Shown piece by piece: positions 1 to 8,608 of a stretch of DNA of 32,000 nucleotides; the stretch's first letter is position 1, and every line of letters starts with the position of its first letter. Both the position numbers and the translations under genes were made by a program. This DNA is from Candidatus Korarchaeum cryptofilum OPF8 (GTDB lineage Archaea > Korarchaeota > Korarchaeia > Korarchaeales > Korarchaeaceae). Location of the stretch: the NCBI RefSeq assembly GCF_000019605.1, contig NC_010482.1, forward strand, positions 60,001 through 92,000. The letters are read 5' to 3'. The notes under the pieces were generated by a model, which searched no databases, had not been told where the DNA came from, and saw nothing but the letters and a program-made list of their open reading frames with translations.

Positions 1-455
1 TTAAAGGATTCAGATAAAACTTTTTGAATAGCTCTCAAGATTTCCTTCCTCTCAGGCTTGAAATACCATATCTGCATCCTGCCCTTGAGATCCCCCTCTG
101 ATATGCCCTGAGAGAAGGGGGAGGGGCGTATTATAGCTAAGTCCCTTATCCTCCCATCGATCGCTCTCATAAGTTCCTCGATCAATTCCTCGGGTATCTG
201 AACTGATGAGAGGGAGGACTTGAGCTCCCTCTCCATCTCCAAGAGGTAGTTCCAATCCTCCGAGATCAGAGATCTGGAGAGTTCAAATATCTCGTGCCTC
301 AGGCCCTCCATCAGGATCTTGGAAACCTCTGTGGATGGGATCAAGAATGTCTCGGGGACCTTCAGTCCCTCAGATAATACTTTCGCCAAGTTCCAGGCTT
401 TAGAACCGACTTCCTCCTCCGATCTGAGCGGGACTTCTCTCAACGATAGGATCAT
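1..455 (-). CDS. PEP/pyruvate-binding (PEP synthase / PPDK N-terminal, ATP-grasp-like) domain protein; only the N-terminal part is in the window, the gene runs off the window start
   Basis: Absent from the ORF track because there is no stop in the window. Own minus-strand translation from ATG 455-453: MILSLREVPLRSEEEVGSKAWNLAKVLSEGLKVPETFLIPS...LAIIRPSPFSQGISEGDLKGRMQIWYFKP...ILRAIQKVLSESF. This follows the VGGKxxxLgel..G.xVPxGF / vRSSaxxED..SFAG / aikxvwaS pattern of PEP-synthase N-terminal domains. The ATG overlaps the TGA of the upstream gene (ATGA). Confidence 0.6.
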   Translation of the reverse strand, partial: MILSLREVPLRSEEEVGSKAWNLAKVLSEGLKVPETFLIPSTEVSKILMEGLRHEIFELSRSLISEDWNYLLEMERELKSSLSSVQIPEELIEELMRAIDGRIRDLAIIRPSPFSQGISEGDLKGRMQIWYFKPERKEILRAIQKVLSESF

Positions 456-1225
456 TCGATCACCTCCAATGAGATCTCATAATTCAAATCAGCATTCAAT
501 AGTTCTGCAGCGCTCCCCTTAGCGATAGAAACCTCAAGTAAATCGCTACTCCCCCTTATGAGGAGGAGCCCCCTGTACTCATAGTTAGGGGATACTCTAG
601 CTCTCCCATAGGAATCGCCCACTCTCACAATAGCCTCTTCAAATCTCACATAGCTCCAGGGTATGTTAGTCACTATATTACCGAATCGGTCTACGTTCCT
701 AACTTCGCCTACGATCCTTCTCCCCTCAGCCCTGATCCTCCATAAGTCGAGGATCTCCAGGGACTTCTTCTCAAAACCCAGTTCGTCCATTGATTTACCG
801 CAGGCTAGCATAGCAGCTATAGGAGCGAACACATCTCTACCATCGAATGTCCCGGTCCTCCTCTCAGCTAGTCCAGTGCTCCTTAGATCTATCTTATAAG
901 CCTCATAAGACCCTATGCTTTGGACGGCTGGCCAAAACAAGCCATTATCAGGCCCTACGAAAGTGAATTGTCCCGACCTTATCATCACCGGATCCCTAGA
1001 AGTCCCGACTCCCGGATCCACTACTCCAACTATTATCGAATTTTTCTCGAGCCATTTCAAGCTCTGCCAGAGTAGAAATGCTCCATGCCTCACATCGAAC
1101 TTCCTGACTTCATGAGTCAGGTCGATTATCTCGGCCCTCTGGCAGATAGATTTTATCACGCCCTTAAGAGCTCCTACATAGTAGTCCTGATACCCGAAAT
1201 CGGTAAGTAGGTATAGAGTGACCAT
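452..1225 (-). CDS. S-adenosyl-L-methionine hydroxide adenosyltransferase family protein (DUF62, chlorinase/fluorinase-like SAM hydrolase)
   Basis: LLTDFGYQDYYVGALKGVI...IIDLTHEV, VVDPGVGTSR and GPDNGL are the family signature. Start set at ATG 1225 (MVTLYLL), preceded by GGGAGGTGA 7 nt upstream. The track's GTG at 1243 lies inside that SD. Confidence 0.8.
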   Translation of the reverse strand: MVTLYLLTDFGYQDYYVGALKGVIKSICQRAEIIDLTHEVRKFDVRHGAFLLWQSLKWLEKNSIIVGVVDPGVGTSRDPVMIRSGQFTFVGPDNGLFWPAVQSIGSYEAYKIDLRSTGLAERRTGTFDGRDVFAPIAAMLACGKSMDELGFEKKSLEILDLWRIRAEGRRIVGEVRNVDRFGNIVTNIPWSYVRFEEAIVRVGDSYGRARVSPNYEYRGLLLIRGSSDLLEVSIAKGSAAELLNADLNYEISLEVIE

Positions 1226-1275
1226 CGGAAGTTCACCTCCCACTATTTTTTAATATTGTCGTTACAGGGTATCCT

Positions 1276-1476
1276 GTGAAGTTGAAGGGCTTACTTTTCG
1301 GCTTGGGTGGAATCGCTCTACTGACGACTTCGTTCTTAGTCTTAATAGTAGATGAGAGGAGCTTAATCCAGATCCTGAGGGTATTAAGTTCGATAGGGCT
1401 GTTGATAATCTCATCCTTAATGCTGATAATAGCTTGGAAGCTGCTAACTATGAGACCGGCTCCTCCAGCCTCCTGA
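1276..1476 (+). CDS. small hypothetical membrane protein (two predicted TM helices)
   Basis: 66-codon ORF with a GTG start and two long hydrophobic stretches (LLFGLGGIALLTTSFLVLIV; IGLLIISSLMLIIAW). An A/T-rich TATA-like box lies at 1245-1256. No family recognised. Confidence 0.35.
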   Translation: MKLKGLLFGLGGIALLTTSFLVLIVDERSLIQILRVLSSIGLLIISSLMLIIAWKLLTMRPAPPAS

Positions 1477-1481
1477 GAGTC

Positions 1482-2045
1482 TCACTGGCCCGAGAGTTTC
1501 ACTACGTGCATATCCCCATATATGGGCCCCCTGGGAGTCAGTGTGCTCTTCTTCAGCTTCACCTCCCTGACATCAATATAGCCGATCTCTATATCCGAAA
1601 GTTTCCTTATGATCTCTGGCAGATTCCCTATCGGACCCTTAACCCTCGCTATCGTCAGATGGGGCTCTATTCCCTTCTCCCTCTGGAATCCCATCTTGGA
1701 GAGGGCTCTATCGAGTTCACTAGCCACTCTCACGAAGGCCTCTCTTCCCTCCTCAGCTCCAATCCAAACTACATTTGGTCTATTTATCGTTGGAAATGCG
1801 CCAATTCCCTTTAATTTCATCCTAAATTGTGAGAATTTTTTCAAAATATCATCCATAATACTCATTACTTGAGTTAGCCTATCCTCCTCTACCTCCCCGA
1901 GGAACTTAAGGGTGAGGTGCAGATTCTCCCTCTCCACGGGCTTGAGTTTCGCCGAAGAAGAGCATATTTCCTCTTGTATGCTCAATATCTTCGAGATAAC
2001 TTCGGGATCCTCTATATCTATTGCTATGAAGCTCCTTATGGGCAA
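1482..2045 (-). CDS. thpR: RNA 2',3'-cyclic phosphodiesterase (2H family, LigT/ThpR)
   Basis: Two H-x-T-x motifs at the expected spacing (HLTLKFLG and HLTIARV). 187 aa. TTG start 3 nt after an AGGTGAT SD that overlaps the stop of the upstream cupin gene. Confidence 0.85.
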   Translation of the reverse strand: MPIRSFIAIDIEDPEVISKILSIQEEICSSSAKLKPVERENLHLTLKFLGEVEEDRLTQVMSIMDDILKKFSQFRMKLKGIGAFPTINRPNVVWIGAEEGREAFVRVASELDRALSKMGFQREKGIEPHLTIARVKGPIGNLPEIIRKLSDIEIGYIDVREVKLKKSTLTPRGPIYGDMHVVKLSGQ

Positions 2046-2049
2046 GGGA

Positions 2050-2403
2050 TCACCTGTACTCAGGCGGTACCCCGCTGTTCGGGATCAAGCAGAGGAAGAG
2101 CATCTCAGTATCCGCATGGTATTCGTGAGGTACGTCAGGAGGTACGAGTATGGCATTACCCTCCGATACCTCATAAACCGTTTCATTAACTCTTATCCTT
2201 CCACTCCCCTTGAGAATGAATATCTCGTGTTCCCATGGGTGAGAGTGTTCCGGTATCTCACCACCAGCCTCTATCCTGATCAATCTCATCGCGAAATTTG
2301 GCGCTCCATCCTTAGGAGAGATCAGCCACTTGATCTGAGCCCCCCTCGTTCCTGGGACATCGGAGAAGTCTATTGAGCTCACATCCCTGATAAGAGCCGG
2401 CAT
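2050..2403 (-). CDS. cupin domain protein
   Basis: 117 aa with cupin motifs G(x)5HxH...E (GGEIPEHSHPWEHEIFILKGSG) and a second motif around PPDVPHEY. Confidence 0.75.
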   Translation of the reverse strand: MPALIRDVSSIDFSDVPGTRGAQIKWLISPKDGAPNFAMRLIRIEAGGEIPEHSHPWEHEIFILKGSGRIRVNETVYEVSEGNAILVPPDVPHEYHADTEMLFLCLIPNSGVPPEYR

Positions 2404-2522
2404 GCGATTATGAAGTACCTATTTAAGATAAAGATTGGGGCTCGGCTCCTCGATATTAATCATGGATCATGGATCACCTCCCACCTCATCGCCCCCTATA
2501 TATGCTCATGCTCCTTTAAATC

Positions 2523-3410
2523 TCAGAGATCCACGACCTCGAGGGGCATGAAATTCCTTATCCTCTCTATAACCTCCGGCATGCTCGATGGCATTATGAG
2601 GGCTCCTGCGGCATGCTCATGCCCCCCGCCTCCAAAAGCTTCAGCTAATTGAAGAGCTGTCAGAGGGGAATCGGCTCTGCTCCTTATTGAGAGCCTCAAG
2701 AGGCCATCCGATCCTCTAGTCACCGTACCTAATAGCTTGTAGCTGTTGGCGACGAGTTGGATGATGGGTACTAGGTAGGAGGGGTAGCTCTTTATCCTCA
2801 GCAATATTGAATCTCCGCCCGGAAGTCCCAAGATTTTATCAATAAGATTTCCATATTCTCTCATTATTAGATTAACCTCTGACTTTATTGAGGGAAGCTC
2901 TATTAAAGATTCAGCAGAACTTGGGGGGTTCCTGAGGATATCCCTGCACACATTGATGAGCTTCCTCCTCCTCTCCTTGAAGATCTTCCTCACAGCCGAT
3001 GTGAAGAGAGCCGATTTTAAATCCATCTTGCCGGAGTCAATCTCATCCGTGAGCCTGACTGCTTCCGAGTATCTCTCTATTCCAGGTTCCCACTCGCCGA
3101 TGAGCTCATACACTATCCTAGCTGTCGATGGGGAATCCACCCTCAGTATGGGGATCGCCACTCTATCCAGAGCCGAGGAGTTGGAAACGTGGTGGTCTAT
3201 GAGCACCCTGGCCCCTCCCCTGGGGGGAGGTAGATCTAGCACTATATCATAGCTTTCCTCGCTGTTCTTTATCTCATAAGGGGCCGAGAAGTGGATTTCA
3301 AGACCCTCCGGCTTCACTATCATCATTAGGGAAGCAGACAGGAGACCGTCTAAGTCCTCCCCATGACTGCATATTGACAGCCTTTCCCCCTTAAGTATCT
3401 CCTCGAGCAT
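2523..3410 (-). CDS. DHH/DHHA1 family phosphoesterase (NrnA-like)
   Basis: Motifs in order: HGEDLDG, DLPPP, LIDHH, and the C-terminal DHHA1 GGGGHEHAAGA. Confidence 0.8.
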   Translation of the reverse strand: MLEEILKGERLSICSHGEDLDGLLSASLMMIVKPEGLEIHFSAPYEIKNSEESYDIVLDLPPPRGGARVLIDHHVSNSSALDRVAIPILRVDSPSTARIVYELIGEWEPGIERYSEAVRLTDEIDSGKMDLKSALFTSAVRKIFKERRRKLINVCRDILRNPPSSAESLIELPSIKSEVNLIMREYGNLIDKILGLPGGDSILLRIKSYPSYLVPIIQLVANSYKLLGTVTRGSDGLLRLSIRSRADSPLTALQLAEAFGGGGHEHAAGALIMPSSMPEVIERIRNFMPLEVVDL

Positions 3411-3471
3411 TTCCGATCATCTTAAGTTCAATGATAGCTTTTTTAATTTTACGGGAATCCGATTGCTCGAA

Positions 3472-3906
3472 ATGGGACGCAGGGTCATGGTTGCCGGGAC
3501 GTTCGATATAATACATGAGGGCCACATAAAAATGCTCTGGAGTGCTAAGAGCTTAGCTGGAGATGATGGTGAGCTAGTTGTTGTAGTAGCTAGGGATGAG
3601 AACGTGAGGAAGTACAAGAAGAGGGAGCCCATACTGGAGGAATCAATAAGGGCATATATAGTGAAGAACCTGAAGCCCGTCGATAGAGTAGTGCTAGGGG
3701 AAAGGGATCCCATAGAATCCGTATTGAAGCTGAGGCCTGATGTAATCGCTCTGGGCTACGATCAGTGGGCTGATGAGAACTGGTTGAGGGAAGAGCTCCT
3801 GAAGAGGGGGCTTAATGTGGAGATAGTTAGACTGCCGAGGTTCGGCGATAGCTCATCCTCATCGATAGTGAGGAGAGTGATAAAATTATTCTGCTCATCT
3901 GAATAG
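3472..3906 (+). CDS. ribL: FAD synthase, archaeal RibL type (cytidylyltransferase-like nucleotidyltransferase)
   Basis: VMVAGTFDIIHEGHIKML...LVVVVARDENV...KPVDRVVLG...PDVIALGYDQ matches the RibL pattern along its whole length. ATG 3472 is chosen over the track's TTG 3463 because the TATA-like ttttttaatttta (3438-3450) sits about 27 nt upstream. Confidence 0.85.
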   Translation: MGRRVMVAGTFDIIHEGHIKMLWSAKSLAGDDGELVVVVARDENVRKYKKREPILEESIRAYIVKNLKPVDRVVLGERDPIESVLKLRPDVIALGYDQWADENWLREELLKRGLNVEIVRLPRFGDSSSSSIVRRVIKLFCSSE

Positions 3907-4302
3907 TTTAATGAAGGAACTCGAGAATTCTTTGGCGAGTATTGAAATTTCATCGACGGATCCCTGGTCCGATTTTACGATTAATTCGCTAAGAATATTC
4001 AATATACCCTCATCCTTCCCGAATTTCCTAGCGACTATTAAGGCCAGATAGAGGGTATCTCTCATGACATCGCAAGCCAATTCCCTCTCCTCAACGTTAG
4101 CTGAACTCTCACATAACTCAACGCTCCTCATCACCACTAAGGGGATCCCGCATATGAGGGTCCTGAGATCCCCTCCCCTAGCATCTTGAACGTTCTCATG
4201 CAGCGTCTCGAAGAAAAGAAATCTGAGATATCCGCTCATCCTGCAGAGGTCTCTTGCCCTCTGATGGTGCTCCGACTCCGATTCGAATTCCTCAAGTAGC
4301 AT
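3895..4302 (-). CDS. hypothetical all-alpha protein, possibly MazG-like NTP pyrophosphohydrolase
   Basis: The track ORF 3895-4458 would overlap the metG start. The internal ATG 4302 (MLLEEFESE...) has GTATATCA about 26 nt upstream. Acidic pairs LLEEFESE and EERELACDVMRDTLYLAL resemble the ExxE...ExxD of MazG-like proteins. This assignment is weak. Confidence 0.4.
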   Translation of the reverse strand: MLLEEFESESEHHQRARDLCRMSGYLRFLFFETLHENVQDARGGDLRTLICGIPLVVMRSVELCESSANVEERELACDVMRDTLYLALIVARKFGKDEGILNILSELIVKSDQGSVDEISILAKEFSSSFIKLFR

Positions 4303-4407
4303 CAAGAACTCCTCATTAGTCTGATATACGCAATCCTCCAAGGACTTCACGGGATCCGATGCGGGGATACGCTTAAAATTGTTATGATGTCCAGATTGGG
4401 AGCGAAG

Positions 4408-6087
4408 ATGAGGTGGATAGTGGCCTCGGCCTGGCCTTACATAAATGCTGTCCCTCACTTAGGTACCCTAGTCCAGGTCCTCTCTTCGGATGTATTCGCG
4501 AGGTTCCTGAGGAAGATGGGAGAGGAAGTAGTATTCGTCTCTGGCTCGGATGAGCACGGGACGCCTATAGAGATAGAAGCGATAAGGAAGGGTATAGCTC
4601 CCAGGGATCTAACGGACAAGATGCATGCATATATCACATGGCTCTTCGAGAGCTTCGGGATAAGTTACGATAACTACACTAGGACTGAGAGCGATGTGCA
4701 TAAGGAATTCGTGAGGGATTTCTACCTCAAGGTCTATAATGAGGGGCACATATTCGAGAGGGAAACGGAGCAATTATATTGCCCTAAGGATGAGATGTTC
4801 CTCCCTGATAGGTTCGTCACAGGGACTTGCCCTTACTGCGGTTATGAGAGGGCCCACGGAGATCAATGCGATAGATGCGGCAGGCTTCTCAATCCTACGG
4901 ATCTGATAGATCCGAAATGCTCGATATGCGGCTCCGTACCGGAGATGAGAAGGACTAAGCATTGGTTCTTCGACCTCCCAAAGTTCTCGGAGAGATTGAG
5001 AAAATATATAGAGGAAAATGAGAATTTACCTGAGAATGCAAAAACTTTATCCCTATCGATGATCGAAGAGGGCCTCAGACCGAGGTCCCTAACTAGGGAT
5101 AATAAGTGGGGAATCCCCGCGCCTTTCCCAGGTTCCGAGGGGAAGACTATCTACGTATGGATGGAAGCAGTCCTGGGCTACGTTTCGGCCGTGAAGGAGT
5201 ACTTCCTCAAGAGGGGAGAAGCCGAGAGATTTGAGGAGTTCTGGAAGAGTGGGGATACGAGATCCGTTTACTTCATAGGTAAGGACAATATCCCGTTCCA
5301 CACAATAATATTCCCGGCTCTCCTGATGGCGAGTGGGGAGGGCTATGCCTTACCATTCAGCGTCGCCTCCACGGAATTCCTCCTCTATGAAGGGGAGAAA
5401 TTCTCAAAGAGCGAGAGGAGAGGTATATGGATGGATGAGGCCCTCCAGCTACTTCCGGCCGACTACTGGAGGTTTTACATGATCTATATGAGGCCTGAGC
5501 TTAAGGATGCGAGCTTCTCCTGGGAGGATTTCGAGTCCAAAGTGAACGATGAGCTCAACGATACGATCGGTAACTTGGTACACAGGATCCTCTCATTCAT
5601 AGCCTCAAGATATAGCGGTCAGATCCCGTCAGTTGAGCTAGATGAGGAGGCATCGGGCTTCCTCATGAGGGTAAGGGAGATAGGCAGGGAGATCGAGGAG
5701 AACTTGATGAAAATAAAGCTGAGGGATGCTCTAAGATCTCTCATAGAAATGGCAAGATTAGGAAATAAATTCTTCAACAATAGAGAACCATGGAAAGATT
5801 TTGAATCAAATAGGGGAAGAGCTGACTCCACTATACTAGCTTCTTACATACTCCTCAAGATACTCGCATTCTACATGCACATATTCATGCCCTCCTCCGC
5901 TGAAAAGCTCTGGAAGATGCTCGGACTCGAAGGCGAGCCTGAGGATAGGGTTGCATTCTCATATCACGATAACGGGAAGGTAAGTTCTTTGGAGCCCTTA
6001 TTCAGGAAAATAAAGAAGGAGGAATTGATAAACAGGTTAAATCAGATAAGGGAAAGGGGGGAGGTCCTCTCAGCGAGGGAGAGCTAA
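4408..6087 (+). CDS. metG: methionyl-tRNA synthetase (no C-terminal Trbp111-like domain)
   Basis: WPYINAVPHLGTL (HIGH-equivalent, crenarchaeal HLGN-like variant), zinc knuckles CPYCG...CDRCG and CSICG, KMSKS as KFSKS. ATG 4408 is preferred because TTAAAATT (4373-4380) lies about 30 nt upstream. Confidence 0.95.
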   Translation: MRWIVASAWPYINAVPHLGTLVQVLSSDVFARFLRKMGEEVVFVSGSDEHGTPIEIEAIRKGIAPRDLTDKMHAYITWLFESFGISYDNYTRTESDVHKEFVRDFYLKVYNEGHIFERETEQLYCPKDEMFLPDRFVTGTCPYCGYERAHGDQCDRCGRLLNPTDLIDPKCSICGSVPEMRRTKHWFFDLPKFSERLRKYIEENENLPENAKTLSLSMIEEGLRPRSLTRDNKWGIPAPFPGSEGKTIYVWMEAVLGYVSAVKEYFLKRGEAERFEEFWKSGDTRSVYFIGKDNIPFHTIIFPALLMASGEGYALPFSVASTEFLLYEGEKFSKSERRGIWMDEALQLLPADYWRFYMIYMRPELKDASFSWEDFESKVNDELNDTIGNLVHRILSFIASRYSGQIPSVELDEEASGFLMRVREIGREIEENLMKIKLRDALRSLIEMARLGNKFFNNREPWKDFESNRGRADSTILASYILLKILAFYMHIFMPSSAEKLWKMLGLEGEPEDRVAFSYHDNGKVSSLEPLFRKIKKEELINRLNQIRERGEVLSARES

Positions 6088-6782
6088 TCTTTCTTCACTA
6101 TGACCTCTATTGTGACATTTCCGGATGCTATCGGGTGACCTGGCTTCATAGCCTGGACCACGACCCTGAAGGTGGAGTTCTCAGTTACATTCGCACGCCA
6201 TTCAAGAGAGGCTCTCCCATCACCATCCGTCCTAACGTACTCCGTAACTGTCGAGTTCGATCCTAGAGATACTGCCAAGAGCTTAGCGTTCTCAACGGGC
6301 TTCCCGCCCATGGTCACTCTCGCGTATACCCTATCTCTCACTTCCGCATAGGTGGAGTTAGTTATCCTCACCGTTAAGACCGGATTCTCCACCTTCAGCT
6401 CCAGTTCAAGGGGGGGAGCTCCGAATACACTGAAGTAAGACTCCTCAGTGATATCTTGGCCGTTTAAAGTAGCTCTGATCCTCAGAATGTGGAATCCGAT
6501 CCTGTATTTCCCCTCCTCTATACCTATGCTTCCATTGATCTCCCTGCTCGAGGGAAGGGAAGTTATGTATACGGTCCTGTTCAGCTCGGCATCGATGACC
6601 TCGGCTGTCACTTTAGATGGGGTCGATGGGAAGGAGATAGTGAAGTTCAGCTTCCCACCTAAGGGAACGGTCTTCTCTTCGATCGATATCATGAACTTAG
6701 GAGAGCTCATTAGAGGCCAGATCAATAGAATTGCCACGAATATCAAATTCAAAGCAACTGCCATCAGGATCTTACTGTTCAT
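6084..6782 (-). CDS. secreted/membrane-anchored hypothetical glycoprotein with beta-sandwich (carboxypeptidase-regulatory-like) character
   Basis: N-terminal signal-anchor (ILMAVALNLIFVAILLIWPL), eight N-x-S/T sequons in 232 aa, and a TDGDGRASLEW-type motif near the C-terminus. Confidence 0.6.
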   Translation of the reverse strand: MNSKILMAVALNLIFVAILLIWPLMSSPKFMISIEEKTVPLGGKLNFTISFPSTPSKVTAEVIDAELNRTVYITSLPSSREINGSIGIEEGKYRIGFHILRIRATLNGQDITEESYFSVFGAPPLELELKVENPVLTVRITNSTYAEVRDRVYARVTMGGKPVENAKLLAVSLGSNSTVTEYVRTDGDGRASLEWRANVTENSTFRVVVQAMKPGHPIASGNVTIEVIVKKD

Positions 6783-6810
6783 AGAGCACCTACTCCCCTC
6801 AAGATCTCAG

Positions 6811-6818
6811 TATAAATA
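6811..6818. promoter_or_regulatory. TATA box, probably bidirectional (secreted-protein gene on minus, egsA on plus)
   Basis: tataaata. Centre is about 32 nt from the minus-strand ATG 6782 and about 33 nt from plus-strand ATG 6848. Confidence 0.45.
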
Positions 6819-6876
6819 AACGTTACCGATGCCGAATTTTATATTGGATGCGAGTTTATAATCTGGGTGCCCGGAA

Positions 6877-7959
6877 CTGGAGAATAAGAAGGGACTGGAG
6901 AGGATAGAGAGCCCCAGATACATATTCTTCGGCCCCAATGCAATTTCAAAGATAGGAGAAGTCCTAAGAAGCCTGAGTATAAGGTCTCCGATCCTCTTAA
7001 TAAGCGGGCCGAGCGTGACTAGGGCGGTCGCAGAGGACTTAGCATCCTCGCTCGAACCCGATTATAGGATTTTGCATGTATTGACAACTGGTGGGCTCGA
7101 GGACCTGATGGATGCAATTAAGACAGCTAGGAAATCTGAAGTGGATCTCCTAATAGGAGTTGGGGGAGGAAAACCGCTCGATATTACGAAGATATTGGCC
7201 GCAGAACTCGGTGTCAGATACGTAGTTGTCCCGACATCAGCTAGTCACGATGGTATAGCCTCACCTTCAGTGAGCTTCACTCTCTCTAGGGAGATAGAGG
7301 AAAGATTTGGGAGGGTGATCAGGGTGGAGGCACCCACAGCTATACTGGCTGACACGACTATAATAAATAGGGCGTCCCCGATCACATTCAAGTCGGGTTT
7401 CGGGGATCTTGTAGCTAAGATAACGGCTGTAAGGGATTGGGAACTAGCATACAAGCTCAGAGATGAGCCTTATAGTGAGTATGCTGCATCAATGTCTCTA
7501 TTGAGTGCTAAAATAGCGATGGACCATGCTCATGAGATAAGGACACGCTTGGAGGAGTCGACTAGGATACTGGTCAAGGCGCTGATAGGTAGCGGGGTGG
7601 CGATGAGCATAGCTGGCAGCTCCAGACCGGCTAGCGGGAGTGAGCACATGTTCAGCCACGCCCTCGATATACTCTCATCGGAAGCCGGTGTTAAGCCAGC
7701 GCCCCACGGTATTCAAGTAGCGATAGGGACTATAATGATGGCCTATCTGCAGGGTCAGGATTGGAAGATGATAAAGGAGAAACTGATAGAAGCTGGAGTC
7801 CCCACTACTGCTGAGGAAGCCGGTATAAGCCCCGATATGATAGTGAAAGCCCTGACGATAGCTCATAAGATAAGGGAGAGGTATACGATACTGGGGAGCT
7901 CTGGTTTGACATTGAGCGCTGCCGAGAAACTAGCGCGGGTTACAGGAGTAATAAAATGA
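6877..7959 (+). CDS. egsA: sn-glycerol-1-phosphate dehydrogenase (archaeal lipid backbone); 5' end unresolved
   Basis: Track ORF 7015-7959 carries GVGGGKPLD, PTSASHDGIASP and SRPASGSEHMFSHALD. The same frame is open back to 6862 and encodes RIESPRYIFFGPNAISKIGEVLRSLSIRSPILLISGPS, the conserved N-terminal Rossmann strand. That stretch contains no ATG/GTG/TTG. 6877 is an in-frame CTG used only as a provisional limit (see finding). Confidence 0.85.
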   Translation: MENKKGLERIESPRYIFFGPNAISKIGEVLRSLSIRSPILLISGPSVTRAVAEDLASSLEPDYRILHVLTTGGLEDLMDAIKTARKSEVDLLIGVGGGKPLDITKILAAELGVRYVVVPTSASHDGIASPSVSFTLSREIEERFGRVIRVEAPTAILADTTIINRASPITFKSGFGDLVAKITAVRDWELAYKLRDEPYSEYAASMSLLSAKIAMDHAHEIRTRLEESTRILVKALIGSGVAMSIAGSSRPASGSEHMFSHALDILSSEAGVKPAPHGIQVAIGTIMMAYLQGQDWKMIKEKLIEAGVPTTAEEAGISPDMIVKALTIAHKIRERYTILGSSGLTLSAAEKLARVTGVIK

Positions 7960-8608
7960 TGGCAGATGCTGAGATCAATAAAGCTGAAAGTAAGATAAAT
8001 ATAAGAGTGAAACCGGCTGAATACAATAAAGATTTATATGAATTCATCCCAAAAGAGATCCTATGTATCCTGTATAGGATCCATGAGAACCAAATTATCG
8101 AGATTAAGGAGAGGATCGGGAAGATGAAATTCGGGAAGGAGAATAGATAATCCATCATTTCTGCGGAGAATTTCGATATTAGATCTTTCCAACCAGTCCC
8201 CTCGCATGATATTATCCTGCCAGGTAAGATCGCTAATATAATCGTATTGATGCCTCCTACGATCGCGTATATAATCGAGCAATTGCTGATAAGATAGAAG
8301 TACTTTCTCCTCCTCATGTTGAGCTCCTTAGGTACATATCTTGAGAATAGAGCCACTGTGAGGAACCAACTTAGGGCGATGAGCGCCCAGGAGTAGAGGA
8401 AGAGGGAGCCCTTCACCTCCAGGAAGGCCCTCACCCTATCATCTAGAAAAACGCTAGAACAGGATATTTTAAGCTGCAGGAGGAGGAGAGAGGTAGCATT
8501 AAAGGTGAAGAAGAGGAGGAGGGAGATAATCGAATATATAGGATCTAGATTCATACCGAAGCTCCTCAAGTCCTCCCTCCTACCTAAGAGAAAGCCCGGG
8601 ATACTCAA
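7940..8608 (-). CDS. hypothetical polytopic membrane protein
   Basis: 222 codons with 5-6 hydrophobic helices. TTG start overlaps the ABCE1 stop (TTGA); an alternative ATG is at 8554. No family recognised. Confidence 0.55.
   Translation of the reverse strand: MSIPGFLLGRREDLRSFGMNLDPIYSIISLLLFFTFNATSLLLLQLKISCSSVFLDDRVRAFLEVKGSLFLYSWALIALSWFLTVALFSRYVPKELNMRRRKYFYLISNCSIIYAIVGGINTIILAILPGRIISCEGTGWKDLISKFSAEMMDYLFSFPNFIFPILSLISIIWFSWILYRIHRISFGMNSYKSLLYSAGFTLIFILLSALLISASAIILLLL

Noticed and set aside
52-255. Track ORF (67 aa, minus) at the window start
   Set aside because: It is out of frame with the much better-supported PEP-synthase-N-terminal-like reading frame, which runs from ATG 455 through position 1 on the same strand. 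Its sequence is low-complexity with no motif.
2416-2481. Tandem atcatgg-atcatgg next to GATCACCTCC; on the minus strand a strong SD followed by 4- and 14-codon mini-ORFs upstream of the cupin gene
   Set aside because: A 7-nt tandem duplication is trivial. The mini-ORFs are very short with no supporting promoter geometry, and the region also has to hold the DHH gene terminator and the cupin promoter.
4431-4470. MetRS HIGH motif reads HLGT (second His replaced)
   Set aside because: Crenarchaeal/TACK-type MetRS commonly carry VPHLGN-like variants. The KFSKS motif and zinc knuckles are intact, so this is lineage-typical rather than a sign of inactivation.
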